64,000 nucleotides of DNA from Octopus vulgaris (GCA_951406725.2 OX597836.1:35712001-35776000), one strand, 5' to 3'; shown: positions 42,080 to 56,002, numbered from the stretch's first letter. Numbers and translations: made by a program. The notes: generated by a model not told the origin, from the letters alone.

Positions 42080-42465
42080 TTTTTTTTTTCTTCTTTCATA
42101 TTTGTTTCCATTTCTTGCCGAGTATCTTCCCGACTCCTAGGGCAGAGAAACTCATAGTATATATTGGTAGGCCATTAAACTAAACTCACTAGTTCGTTCA
42201 TTTTTTTTAAAGCTAAATTAAAATACATGGGTAGTAATAGCTCTCACATCGACAGTGCTCTTCTCAATACGTGTGATGTACCAGTTAAGACAATCTTTTG
42301 CACTTCTTGCAGGGATGGTAAGCCATAGATCATTCTCATATAATTTTTGGTTCCCTCCTTGATCATTCCTAGTGCTCCTACGATCACTGGTATTGTAACC
42401 GCCTTGAGATGCCACATTTTCTCAATTTCAATGAGCATGTCTTTATATTTTCTGAGCTTGTCAAA
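42080..42465 (-). mobile_element. Dong/R4-clade LINE 3' end (restriction-like endonuclease C-terminus)
   Basis: KLRKYKDMLIEIEKMWHLKAVTIPVIVGALGMI...QKIVLTGTSHVLRRALSM; (TAA)n on both sides. Confidence 0.85.
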
Positions 42466-42466
42466 C

Positions 42467-42515
<49 letters not shown>

Positions 42516-42750
42516 GCTTTCATATCCACTCAACAGATTAGACTGTTGGAAAAGAAAAGAATCCTAACATCGGGCTACAAGTAAATTAAGATGCCAAAAA
42601 CCCTCCTAATTATCCTAGCTGTCCCTAATAACACTGTTTTCTGGAGCTGTACTAAACTGGGTTTTATGCCCATTTCATCCATTCATCTGTTCAGATCGTT
42701 AGGGATAGTTCCCAATGCACCTATAACTACTGGAATACATTTTACCTGCA
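42516..42750 (-). mobile_element. Second Dong/R4-clade LINE 3' end (different family)
   Basis: Manual translation VKCIPVVIGALGTIPNDLNR*MDEMGIKPSLVQLQKTVLLGTARIIRRVFGI; (TAA)n at its 3' end. Confidence 0.8.
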
Positions 42751-43650
42751 TTTTCGAGCCCTGGATGAGTGCATGCAGGATCGTGTCGTCCTGCGAGCAT
42801 CTTTGACATACTCGGCTGACGGCACTTCATTTCCAATAAAGTTTATCTCCAACAGGCAAAGCTCCCCGGTAGCACTGCCAGGCAAGAGATTTTTGGAAAT
42901 TATCCATCTGTCCCGGACCGAAAGTCAACCGGAAAAGAGCGACTAGCTGATCTTCTTCGACGCTCAAGAACGCCGACGCATTTTCGCTTCACTAATCCTC
43001 TATAAAAAGGTAAATTGGACTTTCCATGTATCGCACTGTCCGATTGTCTGAGGGCTGTGAGCGCTTGAAGAAACTGCACTTTGCAAATGCTCCCCCTCGC
43101 TCTCAGGTTTACCCTTGACTACAGCTCCGTTAAAGAAATTAGCTTAGGAAATACGTGTCTGGGGAACAGGGACTACACATATTCATCGTCCAGAAGCACT
43201 GGAGATGTCGTAGCCGCAGCTGATATCTGCACAGCATCAACCACATGCTCAGACTACCATGCAGAATGTGCTGACAGCAGATAGACCGTCTGACCATCGA
43301 GACGCGTCCCTTCTACAAGAAGCGGAAGAGCATACGCTCCAGCGTAATCATACGGTGGTCGGGGCATGGCACGATGACCAAGTGACAGTAGATATCAGAC
43401 CTTGCAGTGATAGCTTTCTTCCGGCCTATTTCTGGTTGAGAGTACTCACGCTGCTCGTTACCTCATCCCAGTTTTTGCCCATCTGGAGGTCGAGACCGAA
43501 CCAGACCCCGAGCATTTTAACCGATCATTCCATCCAGCGCAGAAAGACGTAGTTGGACGGCATGGACTTGCTTCTCCAGGTGCCGAGCTGCTAGCCAACT
43601 GAAATTTCCTGGTTAATTGCCACTCCTGGAACTGCCACGTAGTCTCTGAG
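42751..43650 (-). mobile_element. Tx1/L1-clade LINE ORF2 fragment, degenerate
   Basis: VKMLGVWFG....KNWDEV.....RKLSLQG and zf-RVT-like LAWQCYRGALPVGDKL...CQRCSQDDTILHALIQ. Confidence 0.75.
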
Positions 43651-43719
43651 ATGGTTGTGGTGGGGGGGGGGGACAAGCAATGTTGGTGGTGGGGGACAAT
43701 TACAGATTTACAAATATAT

Positions 43720-44090
43720 ATGTGGTAAGCAGCTTGCTTACCGACCACATGGTTCAGGGTTCAGTCCCACAACGTGGCACCTTGGGCAAGTGTCTTCTAC
43801 TATAGCCTCGGGCCGACCAAAGCCTTGTGAGTGGATTTGGTAGACGAAAACTGAAAGAAGCCCGTCGTATATATGTATATATATATGTATGTGTGTGTAT
43901 GTGTTTGTCCTCCCAACATCGCTTGAAAACCGATGCTGGTGTGTTTACGTCCCCGTAACTTAGCGGTTCGGCAAGCAAGACCGATATAATAAGTACTAGG
44001 TTTACAAAGAATAAGTCCTGGGGTCGATTTGCTCGACTAAAGGTGGTGCCGCAGCATGGCCACAGTCAAATGACTGAAACAAGTAAAAGA

Positions 44091-44164
<74 letters not shown>

Positions 44165-44320
44165 GCATACGACGCGCTTCAATCAGTTTCCGTCAACCAA
44201 ATCCACTTACATGATTTTCGTTGGCCCGAGGCTATAGTAGAAGACACTTGCCCAAGGTGCCACGCAGTTGGACTGAACCCTGAACCATGTGGCTGGAAAG
44301 TAAGCCTCTCACCACACACA
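43720..44320. mobile_element. SINE family C (plus, 43720-44090) and family C head (minus, 44170-44320)
   Basis: Homology to 15307-16035 and 56003-56424. Confidence 0.85.
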
Positions 44321-44473
44321 CACACATGCATTTATGTACGTACTTATGCTTGTATGCATGTATGTGTTTGTGTGTGTGTTTGTATGTGTATACTAATATA
44401 ATAATATACGTATATGTCTATACAAGTACATATATGCATACATATAAATCTATATATATAAACATAGATATTG

Positions 44474-44512
<39 letters not shown>

Positions 44513-45225
44513 CTATATAAATGTGTATGTTTATATATGTACACACATATGCACACACATACACCACACGCGCATTCACATTCACCCCTCCCCCACTCAC
44601 ACACACATACACACAGGAAAACAAGCAAATATATATACAAAACATTATTTTTCTCCACTAATTTTTTTTTTCGCCGATTTTACCTCTTGAATTTTGGCAG
44701 GCTGGGCTGTGATACAAGTTGTTTCTTAACTAAGGTGAGGTGAGGAAAAAACATATAAAACAAACGTAGTAAGAAAAAACGAAAAACGAAAAAACAACAT
44801 CCGTTTCGTTGATTACTTGTATGTGAATAATGTTAACGCCGTCTGTCTTTCCGAGAATTTTTTGAACTTTGTAAATTGCGAATCTGCAAATTGTTGTTGA
44901 CATTTTCATTTGTAGACAAGGAGAATGTGGTGAAAATACTATAAAGATTAAGTTACGCAATAAAAAATGTATTCGAAAATTAATCAAATAGTATTTCGTC
45001 GCTATAGTTAATTATTTTTCTGATGAAAATCCTAATTTTTACAATCATTGGAAATATATAGATCATCAGTGTTCGGATGCACAAACTGTAATTAAATACA
45101 GAAGAAAAAGTGATGTTTATAGTCATGTGATTTATATAAAGCAACATTTAATTTGATTTTCACATGTAGTACATTCTGAGTTCAAGTCCGTCTTGAATTG
45201 GCCATCCTTTCTATCCTTCTGGATA

Positions 45226-45680
45226 TGTAAAACTTAGATAAATATGTTAAATATATAAAATATATAAAATATATAAAATATATAAAAATATGTAAAACTT
45301 AGATAAACTTTGTATCGACCAAAGATTTTTCCAGGTCATGTCTAACTTAATAGCACCACCTGATAGGATAATCTAAATCCTGTTTAAGTCAAGTTTTGTT
45401 TATGGTCCATTCAAGTAGTGAGTTCTTGTTGGGTGAGTTGTATCCAATTATGGGTGGCTTATCCGGTATTCCTTGAAGAAATCTATCCAGAATCCGTTTA
45501 AAGTTGATTGGATCCTTTTCCTCTTTGATCTCTTTCGGGTCAATATTAAATAGGACAGGGCCTGTTGAGGAAAAGGAATATGCTGTGATCCTGAAATGGG
45601 CAGGGGACGTATGTATTTATCTGTATTGTACTCATTTTATGTGGTTTATGCCTATGTTGAGAATCAATTATTTATGAGCA
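45226..45680 (-). mobile_element. CR1/L2-group LINE 3' end
   Basis: Manual translation FSSTGPVLFNIDPKEIKEEKDPINFKRILDRFLQGIPDKPPIIGYNSPNKNSLLEWTINKT*, followed by a 3' UTR and a short tandem tail. Confidence 0.7.
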
Positions 45681-46531
45681 GCCTGCCTCATAAGGGCCGG
45701 TTTCCCGGTTTCCCGGTTTTCTTGGCGTATAGGTTCCCCACCTGGAAGGGACGACGGTCTGTTGCAGGTGAGCTGCAAGAAACAAGAGGAAAGAGTGAGA
45801 GAAAGTTGTGGCGAAGGATTCAGCAGAAGTTTCGCCATTACCTTCTGCCGGAGCCGCGTGGAGCTTAGGTGTTTCGCTCATAAACACACACATCTCCTGG
45901 TCTGAGATTCGAACTCGCCAACCCTCGACCGCGATTGGGCTTTGAAGATTTTAGAGCGACCAAACCTATTATTTTACTTATTTGATGCTTGACACTTATT
46001 TCGTCGAACATCTTTTATCGAACCGCTAAAGAAGCCAGCACCGGTTGTGAATTGGTTAGTGACGAACTTAAATGCACATATACGCACACAAACACACACA
46101 CACACACACACACACACGCGCACACACACACACACATACACACACACACACACACACACCTACACACGGCGATCAGCTGCAGTTTCCCTCTCAAGTTTAC
46201 TCTCATCTTATTGGTCCGCCCGTTGACTCGATGAAAACATTAGCACACATATTCCCAATATGTGATTATTGTGTTTTCAGTAATTATTTCCAAAATATTA
46301 TTTCCTATATTCCTTTATTCCTAGAGAATAGACTTAATTGCTGTCGCACATTTAATAATAAACATATTCAGACTTTTAGTGAAGTGGTATTTAAATGTCC
46401 ACACATCCCAACAGGTTGACGCTGACTGCATTTTGTGTATAGTTACGTGTATATGCTAGGATAAACATAGATAGATCAATAGAGTTATTAAGGCAATACT
46501 TTTTTTATCATGATGATTTATAAAGCTTTTT

Positions 46532-46987
46532 GGATCTTTTCGGTTTGAACGGCAGTTGTTTTCTTGTGGTATCATATGAAATTGTCACCCATAATTATGA
46601 CCCTAGTATCGAGCTATTGCATTTCAATCTGTTTTAGGGTTAGGGTTAGTTAGGGTTAGTTAGGATTAGGGTTTGGTTTAGGGGTGTGGGGAAGGGTATA
46701 TTTTTTCGTTCACAAATGTAAATAAACCCAATCTGTTTCTTAAACGAGGGACATATTCATACGGCACAGGATGTTTTTTTATCTCAATAGACGTCAGTGA
46801 TTGGTTGAAATTACAGAAATTGAAGAAAAAACAGCAACAAATATCTTACAAACTATAGAATTTTCTCAATAAAGCCAAGAGAAAAATATGTTTTATAAAC
46901 ACATTCTACCAGTATACAAAGTTAAACATTTTTTACTTACCTAGAAATTTTTTAGTTACCTAGTTGCCGTTCACACCGAAAAGATCC
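46532..46987. mobile_element. MITE with 23-bp TIRs and internal TTAGGG-like repeats
   Basis: GGATCTTTTCGGTTTGAACGGCA...TGCCGTTCACACCGAAAAGATCC; probable 8-bp TSD AGCTTTTT/AGCTGTTT. Confidence 0.8.
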
Positions 46988-47329
46988 AGCTGTTTTGCAG
47001 CCTCCGCAATTATGTATAATTCTTAGTCCAATCGAAGTGTCGTCATGCATATTAATGCAACAATATCAACCGGAGCGCGTTTGTCATATCGAAGGCAATC
47101 ACAGAAAAAATGCCGAACCGATCTCGACACGCAGAGATCAGTGGTACCCCCCACCCCAGTCATTCTCGCTAACGCTCAAAAATTTTTTGGCGCATCGTCT
47201 TGGACTATTAATTTGACCAAGACTGGATTTGAACTTACAGTGAGAAAATCCAGATTAAATACCACAAGACATTCTATGCAGTTCTGCAAACTCACCTCGC
47301 TGAGGTTAATATGTGTAAGATCTCGTCAT

Positions 47330-47793
47330 CAAGTCTAAGTAGAGATTTCAAACTTAAACCCTTCAAAGCCACAGTCGAAACAATTCTACTATGTGGCTCA
47401 AAAACCTGGAGGTTATCAAAGAAGCTTGAGAGGCGGTTGGATGGAACTTACACTCGCCTCTTTATGAGAGCTCAAAATCTCTCGTAGAAGCGCCATCCAA
47501 CCAAAGTACAAATATAGGGGAAATTACCACCTGTGTCATCTCTTGTGAAAGGTAGAAGAGTCCAGTTTGCTGGACATTGTTGTAGAGCTGAAAACGAGGC
47601 AATTTATACTCTTCTCCTTTGGAAGCCATCTACTCGCAATACCAGAGGGCGCACACTCTCCTACCCTGATGTAATCTCCAGGGATACAGGAATCCAGCAA
47701 CAGGACCTCCGTAATGCTATGATGGACCGTGAAGTCTGGCGTGACATAGTAAATTCCATTGTCTCGACCACGGTCGAACAATGATGATGATGA
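47330..47793 (+). mobile_element. RTE-clade LINE 3' end
   Basis: ATVETILLCGSKTW.LSKKLERRLDGTYTRL.MRA...RRVQFAGHCCR...AMMDREVWR; (TGA)n tail. Confidence 0.85.
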
Positions 47794-48826
47794 GGTTAAT
47801 AAATAAACGCTCGATAACTGAATGTAAAACAGTCCTTAGCGGTATTTTTGCGTTCTGAGTTCCTATTCTGTCGAGGTGGATTTTGCCCTTATTGCTTTCA
47901 GGATTTATAAAATGAGTAACCAGTCGAGTACTGGAGTCGATGGAAAAAAAGAAGAATGACATTAATCTATAAATATTTTACTTGATTTTGATGCCATGCT
48001 TGTTCATCCATATATTTGGATAGTTATAAAGCTAAAGGGGTTTATAAAACTGATATAACTTTCAAGGAGAATGGTGAAGGGGTATTGAAATATTGTAGAC
48101 AAATTAACATATAAGCTATACGGTTACATTGGTCAATACCATTAGCAAAATAAACAGCTGCAACCCCGGAGGGAAAATACTTATATACAGAATGTTAGTT
48201 ACCGTAATATTTTGTACACGTATGAAATGCATTTAACAAACAATCAGTGTGTTGGCATGCAATTTCTAAATATGAGTTGAAAGAGAAGTTGTTTGAATAT
48301 TTCTTTACATGTGGTTCTACTATGAACATCATAACGAATATGTTTTAACAATTAGCAGCATAACCCTCTTAAAGATTAGCAGCTTATAGGTTTCGTATAG
48401 CTTTGCAAACGAACGCATTTCCCCTGGAATTTATGAAATCGAATATTTCATTTTACTTTATATATATATGAAGTTTTTCATTCCAATTTTGGCTTAAACA
48501 GGAATCAAACGATTATTTTATAGTGATGGAAATAACGGAATTATCTCGTCTTTGGAATATCGTGCTGTGTACAATCAATATAAATGTAAGTTTACATATT
48601 GACGTTTATAGAACGCAAATCTAACATTAAAGACTTCTATTGCATATGTGAAATTTAATCTCGTTTTAATTTCATGCCAAGATATCGGTTAGGAATAAAT
48701 TATAGTTGAATTATAAAAGAAACTACTTCTACACACAAACACACACACACAAACACATACACACGCACACACACACACACAAACACACAAACACATACAC
48801 ATACACAGATAGACACACACACAGAT

Positions 48827-48857
<31 letters not shown>

Positions 48858-49001
48858 CAAACATATATACATACCAATATATAAATATATATATATATAT
48901 ACATACTTGTATACACACACACACACGCAAACATATATATATATACAAACATATATACATACCAGTATATATATATATTTATGTATATATACTTGTATAC
49001 A

Positions 49002-49048
<47 letters not shown>

Positions 49049-49578
49049 GAGTACAGGATGTCACCAACAGTAAACAACATGAAATACAAAAACAAATGAG
49101 TTAAGTACGTAAACAACGAAAGAAATGGAAAACAGGAGAATTAACTCAAAGAGCGACCCTTCGTCAATTATCGGCTATCTGTCTACTCTTCGTTTCGAGC
49201 ATTGAACGACCATATGAGTCTTCGAAGTTAGCTGCTCGCATAAACACCAGCATCGGCGTCAAGCGATGGCGGGGGACAAAGGTAGACACAGAGACACATA
49301 CATATATATACATATACGACCTGCTTCTTTCAGTTTCCCTCTAGCAAATTCACTCACAAGGCTTTTGTCAATGTGCAACACAGTCACTCCTATATATATA
49401 TATATATATATATATCAGTCACCATGATAGATCGTTAACCACTACACACATTTTTTCCTCTCCTTGTTCTTTTCTGTGTCCCTTTCTGTAGGCTCGAAGC
49501 GTAAAAGACTTTTTCTATTCTTGAGAGTTATACTAATTGTTTTGTACAGCACCTGTCTTCGTCTTTTGTTTTTTCTCT

Positions 49579-49619
<41 letters not shown>

Positions 49620-49623
<4 letters not shown>

Positions 49624-50426
49624 AAAAATGGTAAATAATTTTCCTGTGGTTTTTCATGTAACCAACAATTATTTACCGGTAAATTTCGGTATGTAAATAC
49701 GACAAAATAATTGTCAAGACCTTTGTAAGGTTCAGTATATAGTAAAGAAAAATAAGTTGGCTAGCAGCAAGCTGTTTCGCCTCATACCGAAGGAATTAGA
49801 AATGGCAGTCAAAGACCGTTTTTCCATTTCTATAAGTGGAGGTTCCAAAAACGAAGGCCCTTGCGGCTCACATACACAAAACCGGAGTGGCAAATACACG
49901 AATTCAGTCACTTACCGTTAATAGCGAACACGGTGTTTCTGGATCACAAACATATAAAAAAAGGGGTGAGTTTGAATTCCTTCATCAGCGCTATATTCGT
50001 TAGCTTTATCAAATGCCACCAGCCCTCACTTCTGACCCAGCGACATCAGATAGTGGGGGGAAGTGCGCAGATGTTCCCAGTCGTTACTTGGTTTTAACAT
50101 CTGCGCACTTCCCCCACTATCTGATGTCGCTGGGTCAGAAGTGAGGGCTGGTGGCATTTGATAAAGCTAACGAATATAGCGCTGATGAAGGAATTCAAAC
50201 TCACCCCTTTTTTATATGTTTGTGATCCAGAAACACCGTGTTCATATTAACGGTAAGTGACTGAATTCGTGTATTTGCCACTCCGGTTTTGTGTATGTGA
50301 GCCGCAAGGGCCTTCGTTTTTGGAACCTCCACTTATAGAAATGGAAAAACGGTCTTTGACTGCCATTTCTAATTCCTTCGGTATGAGGCGAAACAGCTTG
50401 CTGCTAGCCAACTTATTTTTCTTTAC

Positions 50427-50432
<6 letters not shown>
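49620..50432. mobile_element. Fold-back element: ~340-bp inverted arms, 20-nt loop, ~115-bp tail, between (TA)n tracts
   Basis: Arms 49736-50075 and 50096-50432 are near-perfect reverse complements. Confidence 0.85.
49921..49994 (-). ncRNA. Minimal hammerhead motif (mirror copy at 50176-50247 has a damaged stem I)
   Basis: ATAGCG-CTGATGA-A-GGA..CAAAC...GTTTG..TCC-A-GAAAC-ACCGT-GTT-CGCTAT. Confidence 0.75.
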
Positions 50433-50506
<74 letters not shown>

Positions 50507-51153
50507 TGTGTGTGTGTATGTATGTACGTATATTTATATATATTTTAAATGAGTAATACGGAAGACTGAGTGTACTGGAAGCTTTATTTGTTATAACGGT
50601 TGTTTCGGCTTACTTACAGCTATAAAATAAAGTTTGTAAATATTTTGTGTTTGAAACCAATTGGAGGGAAAAGCCAGCCAGAATATTATCCTTTCGACTC
50701 GACAAACCAGTCAGAAAATGATCCTTTTGACTCGAAGCAGGCATCTACAGAATGATGAGTGTCATTTTACCGAATGACAGGGAAGTAACCTTCCGCGACA
50801 CCTCCATTAAATGAGGAGCTCTTCTCTCACACTCACACTCACGCTCAAAAATCACTTTATATATACGCTCATAGATGCACATGTGAGTAGATGTGTATTT
50901 ACATGCGAATGCACATATATTCAAATCAATGAGGAGAAAACAGCAATCGGATTACTAAGGTAGTGTTAAAATACTGTGTTCCGAAGCAGAACAATCTTCA
51001 CAAATCTTTGATGAAGGATTTCATGAAATCGATTTTCAGTATTGTCTGAACACCGGTCGTGAATTTTAGAGTGCCGGAAAAAAATATTTCAGTTTAGTAA
51101 CACATACATACACCCACACACACATACAGAAACATATATATATATATATTTAC

Positions 51154-51188
<35 letters not shown>

Positions 51189-51420
51189 CGTTTCGAGCGT
51201 AGGCTCGAAACGTAAAAGACTTTTTGAATACCTGAGCGTTATACTAATACATCTGTTTGTTTTCTACATCTGTCTTCGTCTTTTGTTTTTTTCGTAAACT
51301 ATCCCTATATATATATATATATATTTCAACGCACTTGCACACGCGCATATACATTGTGTGTATACACGTACATAGGCATACTTATATGTCTGTGGCAATA
51401 CGTATGTGTGTCTATGTATA

Positions 51421-51476
<56 letters not shown>

Positions 51477-51660
51477 TTAATTAAAATCTTAGGGTAGCAA
51501 GAATATTTATCGAAAAAATTCTTAGTTACCAGTGGTCTAGCGAGAAGGGAAAATTACTTTTGGAATTACAATTAGTGGATTGGAGATTAACTGCTCTTTT
51601 TAGCGAGTCAGATATCCTATTCTTTTGGTATCTCTTTTGTGTTTGAATGTACACTGTATT

Positions 51661-51716
<56 letters not shown>

Positions 51717-51719
<3 letters not shown>

Positions 51720-52105
51720 TTATATATAAAAGTGAAGTTGTGTGTCTGTCTCCTACGATTTAGATTCCTAACCACTCCCACATTTTGCGGTGCAGTTTAA
51801 CCAAAACCGGGTATCTTATATTCGTGATTCATATCGAACCCGTCTGGGTATTAGCGCGCGTCTACGATGAATCTACGATTAAAAAAATTAACATCATTTT
51901 TTCCCATTTTTAATGCATTTTTTTGCTATTATTTAATGGAAGTAACTCTCTAAAAATGTATTATTAAATCTCAGAACGTAAAAAGCTACAGTAACGCCCC
52001 GCTTTGTGGTTAGCCATATTGAGATGGGTATTATACTTTACATCTCTAAAAATGCTTATATAATTATTTCCCTTACAAACCCGAGCAACGCCGGGCGATA
52101 CTGCT

Positions 52106-52107
<2 letters not shown>
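51717..52107 (+). mobile_element. Non-autonomous Helitron
   Basis: 5' TC start, subterminal hairpin CCCGAGCAACGCCGGG, 3' CTTG (mutated CTAG); inserted in (TA)n; second copy at 58934-59327. Confidence 0.8.
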
Positions 52108-52190
<83 letters not shown>

Positions 52191-52647
52191 TTATGTGTGT
52201 ACAGAAATCTATACTTAGCGATTTAGCACACCGTTATATGGAGATGAAATTATTATTGACTCATACAATATTCATCAACCTTACGGGACAGAAAGGCAAT
52301 AAATAGCTCGAAGTCTCAAATCCCCTTCGGAAAATAATGTGCAAACTATTCTGAATGTTAGACACTTCAAGAACCTGTGTGTATCGGATCTGAATTTTTC
52401 AAGCCACCTTTACAGATCTTGAGAAGTCCTATGGGAGTATTTACTGAGGTAGGTGGTTCTCTTCATTCTCACCTTTGAGATGCTTTGTTCTGGTTTGTTA
52501 CAAACGTAAACATACACTCAAACAGACGCTTACATGCAGATAGATACATAGATATATAAATAGATATATAGATACATAGATAGATACATAGATACATAGA
52601 TACATAGATACATAGATACATAGATAGATACATAGAGAGAAAGAGAT

Positions 52648-52713
<66 letters not shown>

Positions 52714-54213
52714 TGAAGGATTGAATAGAGTGGAGAGAGGGGTATAGGAGGCGAATTTTGCAAACGACATTCGTAGGAAAACCCGATGGGGGAACGAAAA
52801 AGTTTTAAAAATTATCAACGCTTGTGATAAGGTAAATATTGTTTGGTGAAATGTTTACTATGAAAAGAAGAAACCTTATTCCTAAAGAGGCAATAGCCTA
52901 TGGCGTTATCCAGTGCCTAAACGTTACTTTCCCCTCGTGTATACATGGGCTGAATTTCTCTATCTTGTTAGAAACCTTGTTGTGATAATCCTCTTATAAT
53001 AATGCTCTTTTCTGCTATTCAGAACGTAATTTTCTTAGCCAATTTGTGTGCAATATCTATTTTTGACCATCTTCCGGATGTTGTCAAACACTATGCTCTT
53101 TTAATTCCTTGATTTACTTTGCCTGATCTGCAACATTCAGTGTTTTTTCTATATTTCGGTATGAGGCGGTATCATCGTGACAACACACACAACTATTATT
53201 ACGGCCTGATGAAAAGGTTTTGATCAATTTTGCCTTTTCCCAGCTATGTTGCTGATGCTTGGAGCACTGGTATCAGAAAAAGGCCGGATAATGCAGATAT
53301 CACGATGAAGGTCACATAAAACGTAATCGTAGAAGTGGATGTAGCGATAATGGTAGAATTAGAGCATTGAGAAGAGAAACAGTGATATCAAGCGTGGAGT
53401 TATAATGATGATTCGTGAGATACGAAGTGTTGATATCGATGATTTCTTTTAACAATGACAGTTATAGTGATAGTAATGGTGTTGATGCTATTGGTGAAAG
53501 CGACAATGGCTGCTACGTATGTATGTATGTATGTATGTCTGTATGTATGTATGTATGTATGTATGTATTATATATGTATATTATTATATATTATATAATA
53601 TTTTATTATATATTATATATTATATATTATATACTATAGATTACATATTATTAAATTATATATTATATATTATATATGTATATTATTATATTATATATGC
53701 ATGTATTATATATGTGTGTATGTATGTATGAATGTATGTATGTATGTATGTATGCATATTTGTATGTATGTATGTATGTATGCATTATATATGTATGAAT
53801 ATTTGTATGTATGTATGTACGCATGTATTATATATGTATGCATATTGGTATGTACATACACATACGATGAAGAACAAGAGATACATTCACAATCAATATC
53901 AATAGCGTGGAAATTTTTATTTTGTTGTGAAGTGTTTCCTTCATTGGATAGCGGAAAAGAAAGAGGACTGATGATAAGAACCTGGATAAAATGAAAACAA
54001 GATTCAACAATTCTCGCGAAGAAGACTCTGTAGTATGTTTATATGCTGGCCTTTGACTGCCCGGAAATTGGATGCTGGGCCAAATGGTGTTTTCTATGAT
54101 AAGAGACTGAATACAAGGACAATTGCTTGTTTACGTACGAATTGCCACTTGTTGATATTTTGTGATTTTCTGTGTGTGCGGGTTTCTTTGTGTATCGATA
54201 TTTTGTGTATGTA

Positions 54214-54740
54214 AGGCGGTGAGCTGGTAGAAACGTTAGCACGCCAGGCGAACTGCTTAGCGGTATTTCGTCTGGCGCTACGTTCTGAGTTCAAATTCTG
54301 CCGATGTCGACTTTGCCTTTCATCCTTTAGGGGTCGATTAAATAAGTACCAGTTACGCACTGGGGTCGATAAAAATCGACTTAATACCTTTGTCTGTCCT
54401 TGTTTGCCCCCCTCCATGTTTAGCCCAATGTGGGTAATAAAGAAATAGGTATTTCGTCTGCCGCTTCGTTCTAAGTTCAAATTCCGCCGAGGTCGACTTT
54501 GCCGTTCATCCTTTCGGGTTCGATTAAATAAATACCAGTTACGCACTGGGGTCGATATAATCGAATTAATCCGTTTTTCTGTCCTTGTTTGTCCTCTCTG
54601 TGTTTAGTCCCTTGTGGGTAGTAAAAAAATAGGTATTTCGTCTGTCTTTATGTTCTGAGTTCAATTTCCACTGAGGTCGACCTTGCCATTCATTCTTTCG
54701 GGATAGATAAAATAAGTACCAGTTGCGTACTGGGGCCGAT
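54214..54740 (+). mobile_element. SINE family B trimer
   Basis: Head plus two further units joined at AAA(G/A)AAATAGGTATTTCGTCTG. Confidence 0.88.
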
Positions 54741-55349
54741 CTATTCTCCACCAAAATAATTGGGCCATGTGTCTAGAGTAGAAAAGGATAATTTGTGTAC
54801 GTATATGCAGGAAGGTAAGTGTATTTGTTTATTGTGCATACATTTACATGGCTTTGTTTGTGCGAGCGCGTGTATATATATCTTTCAGCCTTTTTCTTTT
54901 GTTTGTTTCAGTTATTAGACTGCGGGCATATTGGGGTACCGCCTTGAAGAATATGTGCATATGAGTACAGAACGTCAATAACAGTAAACAACATGATATA
55001 CGAAAACAGATAACAAATGAGTAACATACGTAAACAACGAGAGAAAGAAAAAGGAAAACAGGACAAGTAACACAAAGAACGACCCTTCAGCAGTTGTCGC
55101 CTGTTTGTCTACTCCTCATTTCGAGCATTGAACCAGAATATGAGTCTTCGAAGACAGTTGTTCCCATAAACACCAACATCGGTGTCAAGCGATGGCGGGG
55201 GTCAAACGTAGACACAGTGAGGGTTTCTTTCAGTTTCCCTCTAGCAAATCCACTCGAAGACACACAAACCAATAAAGTGTCATGATATTGAATGCCCAAT
55301 ATTTGGTACTACACGTGTTCTAAACGAGCACGTTTTGCCAACATACAAG

Positions 55350-55765
55350 GGTGTACTGATACGTGTTTTATTTGAACGAGAACATAAAAAAGAATGTAGC
55401 AAAGAAAGATCCTTCAATTAAACAGTTTGTCAAGTTTGTAGCAGAAAAGCTCATTCTTCTTTGGCAAAAGGCATCCATCTCTTATGTGACGTTTGAGTCA
55501 GTTAAACCGAAAATCTTAGGCTTTTATCTAAATTACCAAGCATTAGTAAAATTTACGAAAAATAGAAAAAAATGTGCCATAGTTTCCAAAAAAGTGTAAT
55601 ATGTTTAAAAACAATGCAACAAAAGATTTATTTGACATTTCTGTTAACAAGTGCAGTTCCTTTAAAAATTACAGTTGTAGTAGAGAACGTAAGTACCAGA
55701 GAGAGTACAAGATTTTTTACAGGATCAACGCTCAAATCGAAAATGGATCATTGGTGGAACAGATG
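55350..55765 (+). mobile_element. Degenerate DNA-transposon protein fragment
   Basis: VAEKLILLWQKASI...LFDISVNKC...QDQRSNRKM.IGG resembles the N-terminal region of invertebrate transposon-derived proteins; frameshifted. Confidence 0.4.
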
Positions 55766-56002
55766 TAACAGATATATGTAACACATATATTCGGTTACCA
55801 AGTATTTAAAATAATAAAGAAAACAGAATCGAAAAGTTTATTTCACATAATTCCGAAAGTTTAAGTGCGTTGCAGAGCTTAAAGATATACTTTCTAGAGA
55901 TTTAGATTTTAACACTCTTATTTGGAAATGATTTCGCAAAAGAAAATCGATTCGTAACAGTGAATGCAAAAAATAGGAACGACCAACCTGTTAGAAATTG
56001 AC

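Noticed and set aside
52900-53330. Possible old PLE reverse-transcriptase remnant on the minus strand
   Set aside because: Only a vague motif resemblance, with many stops
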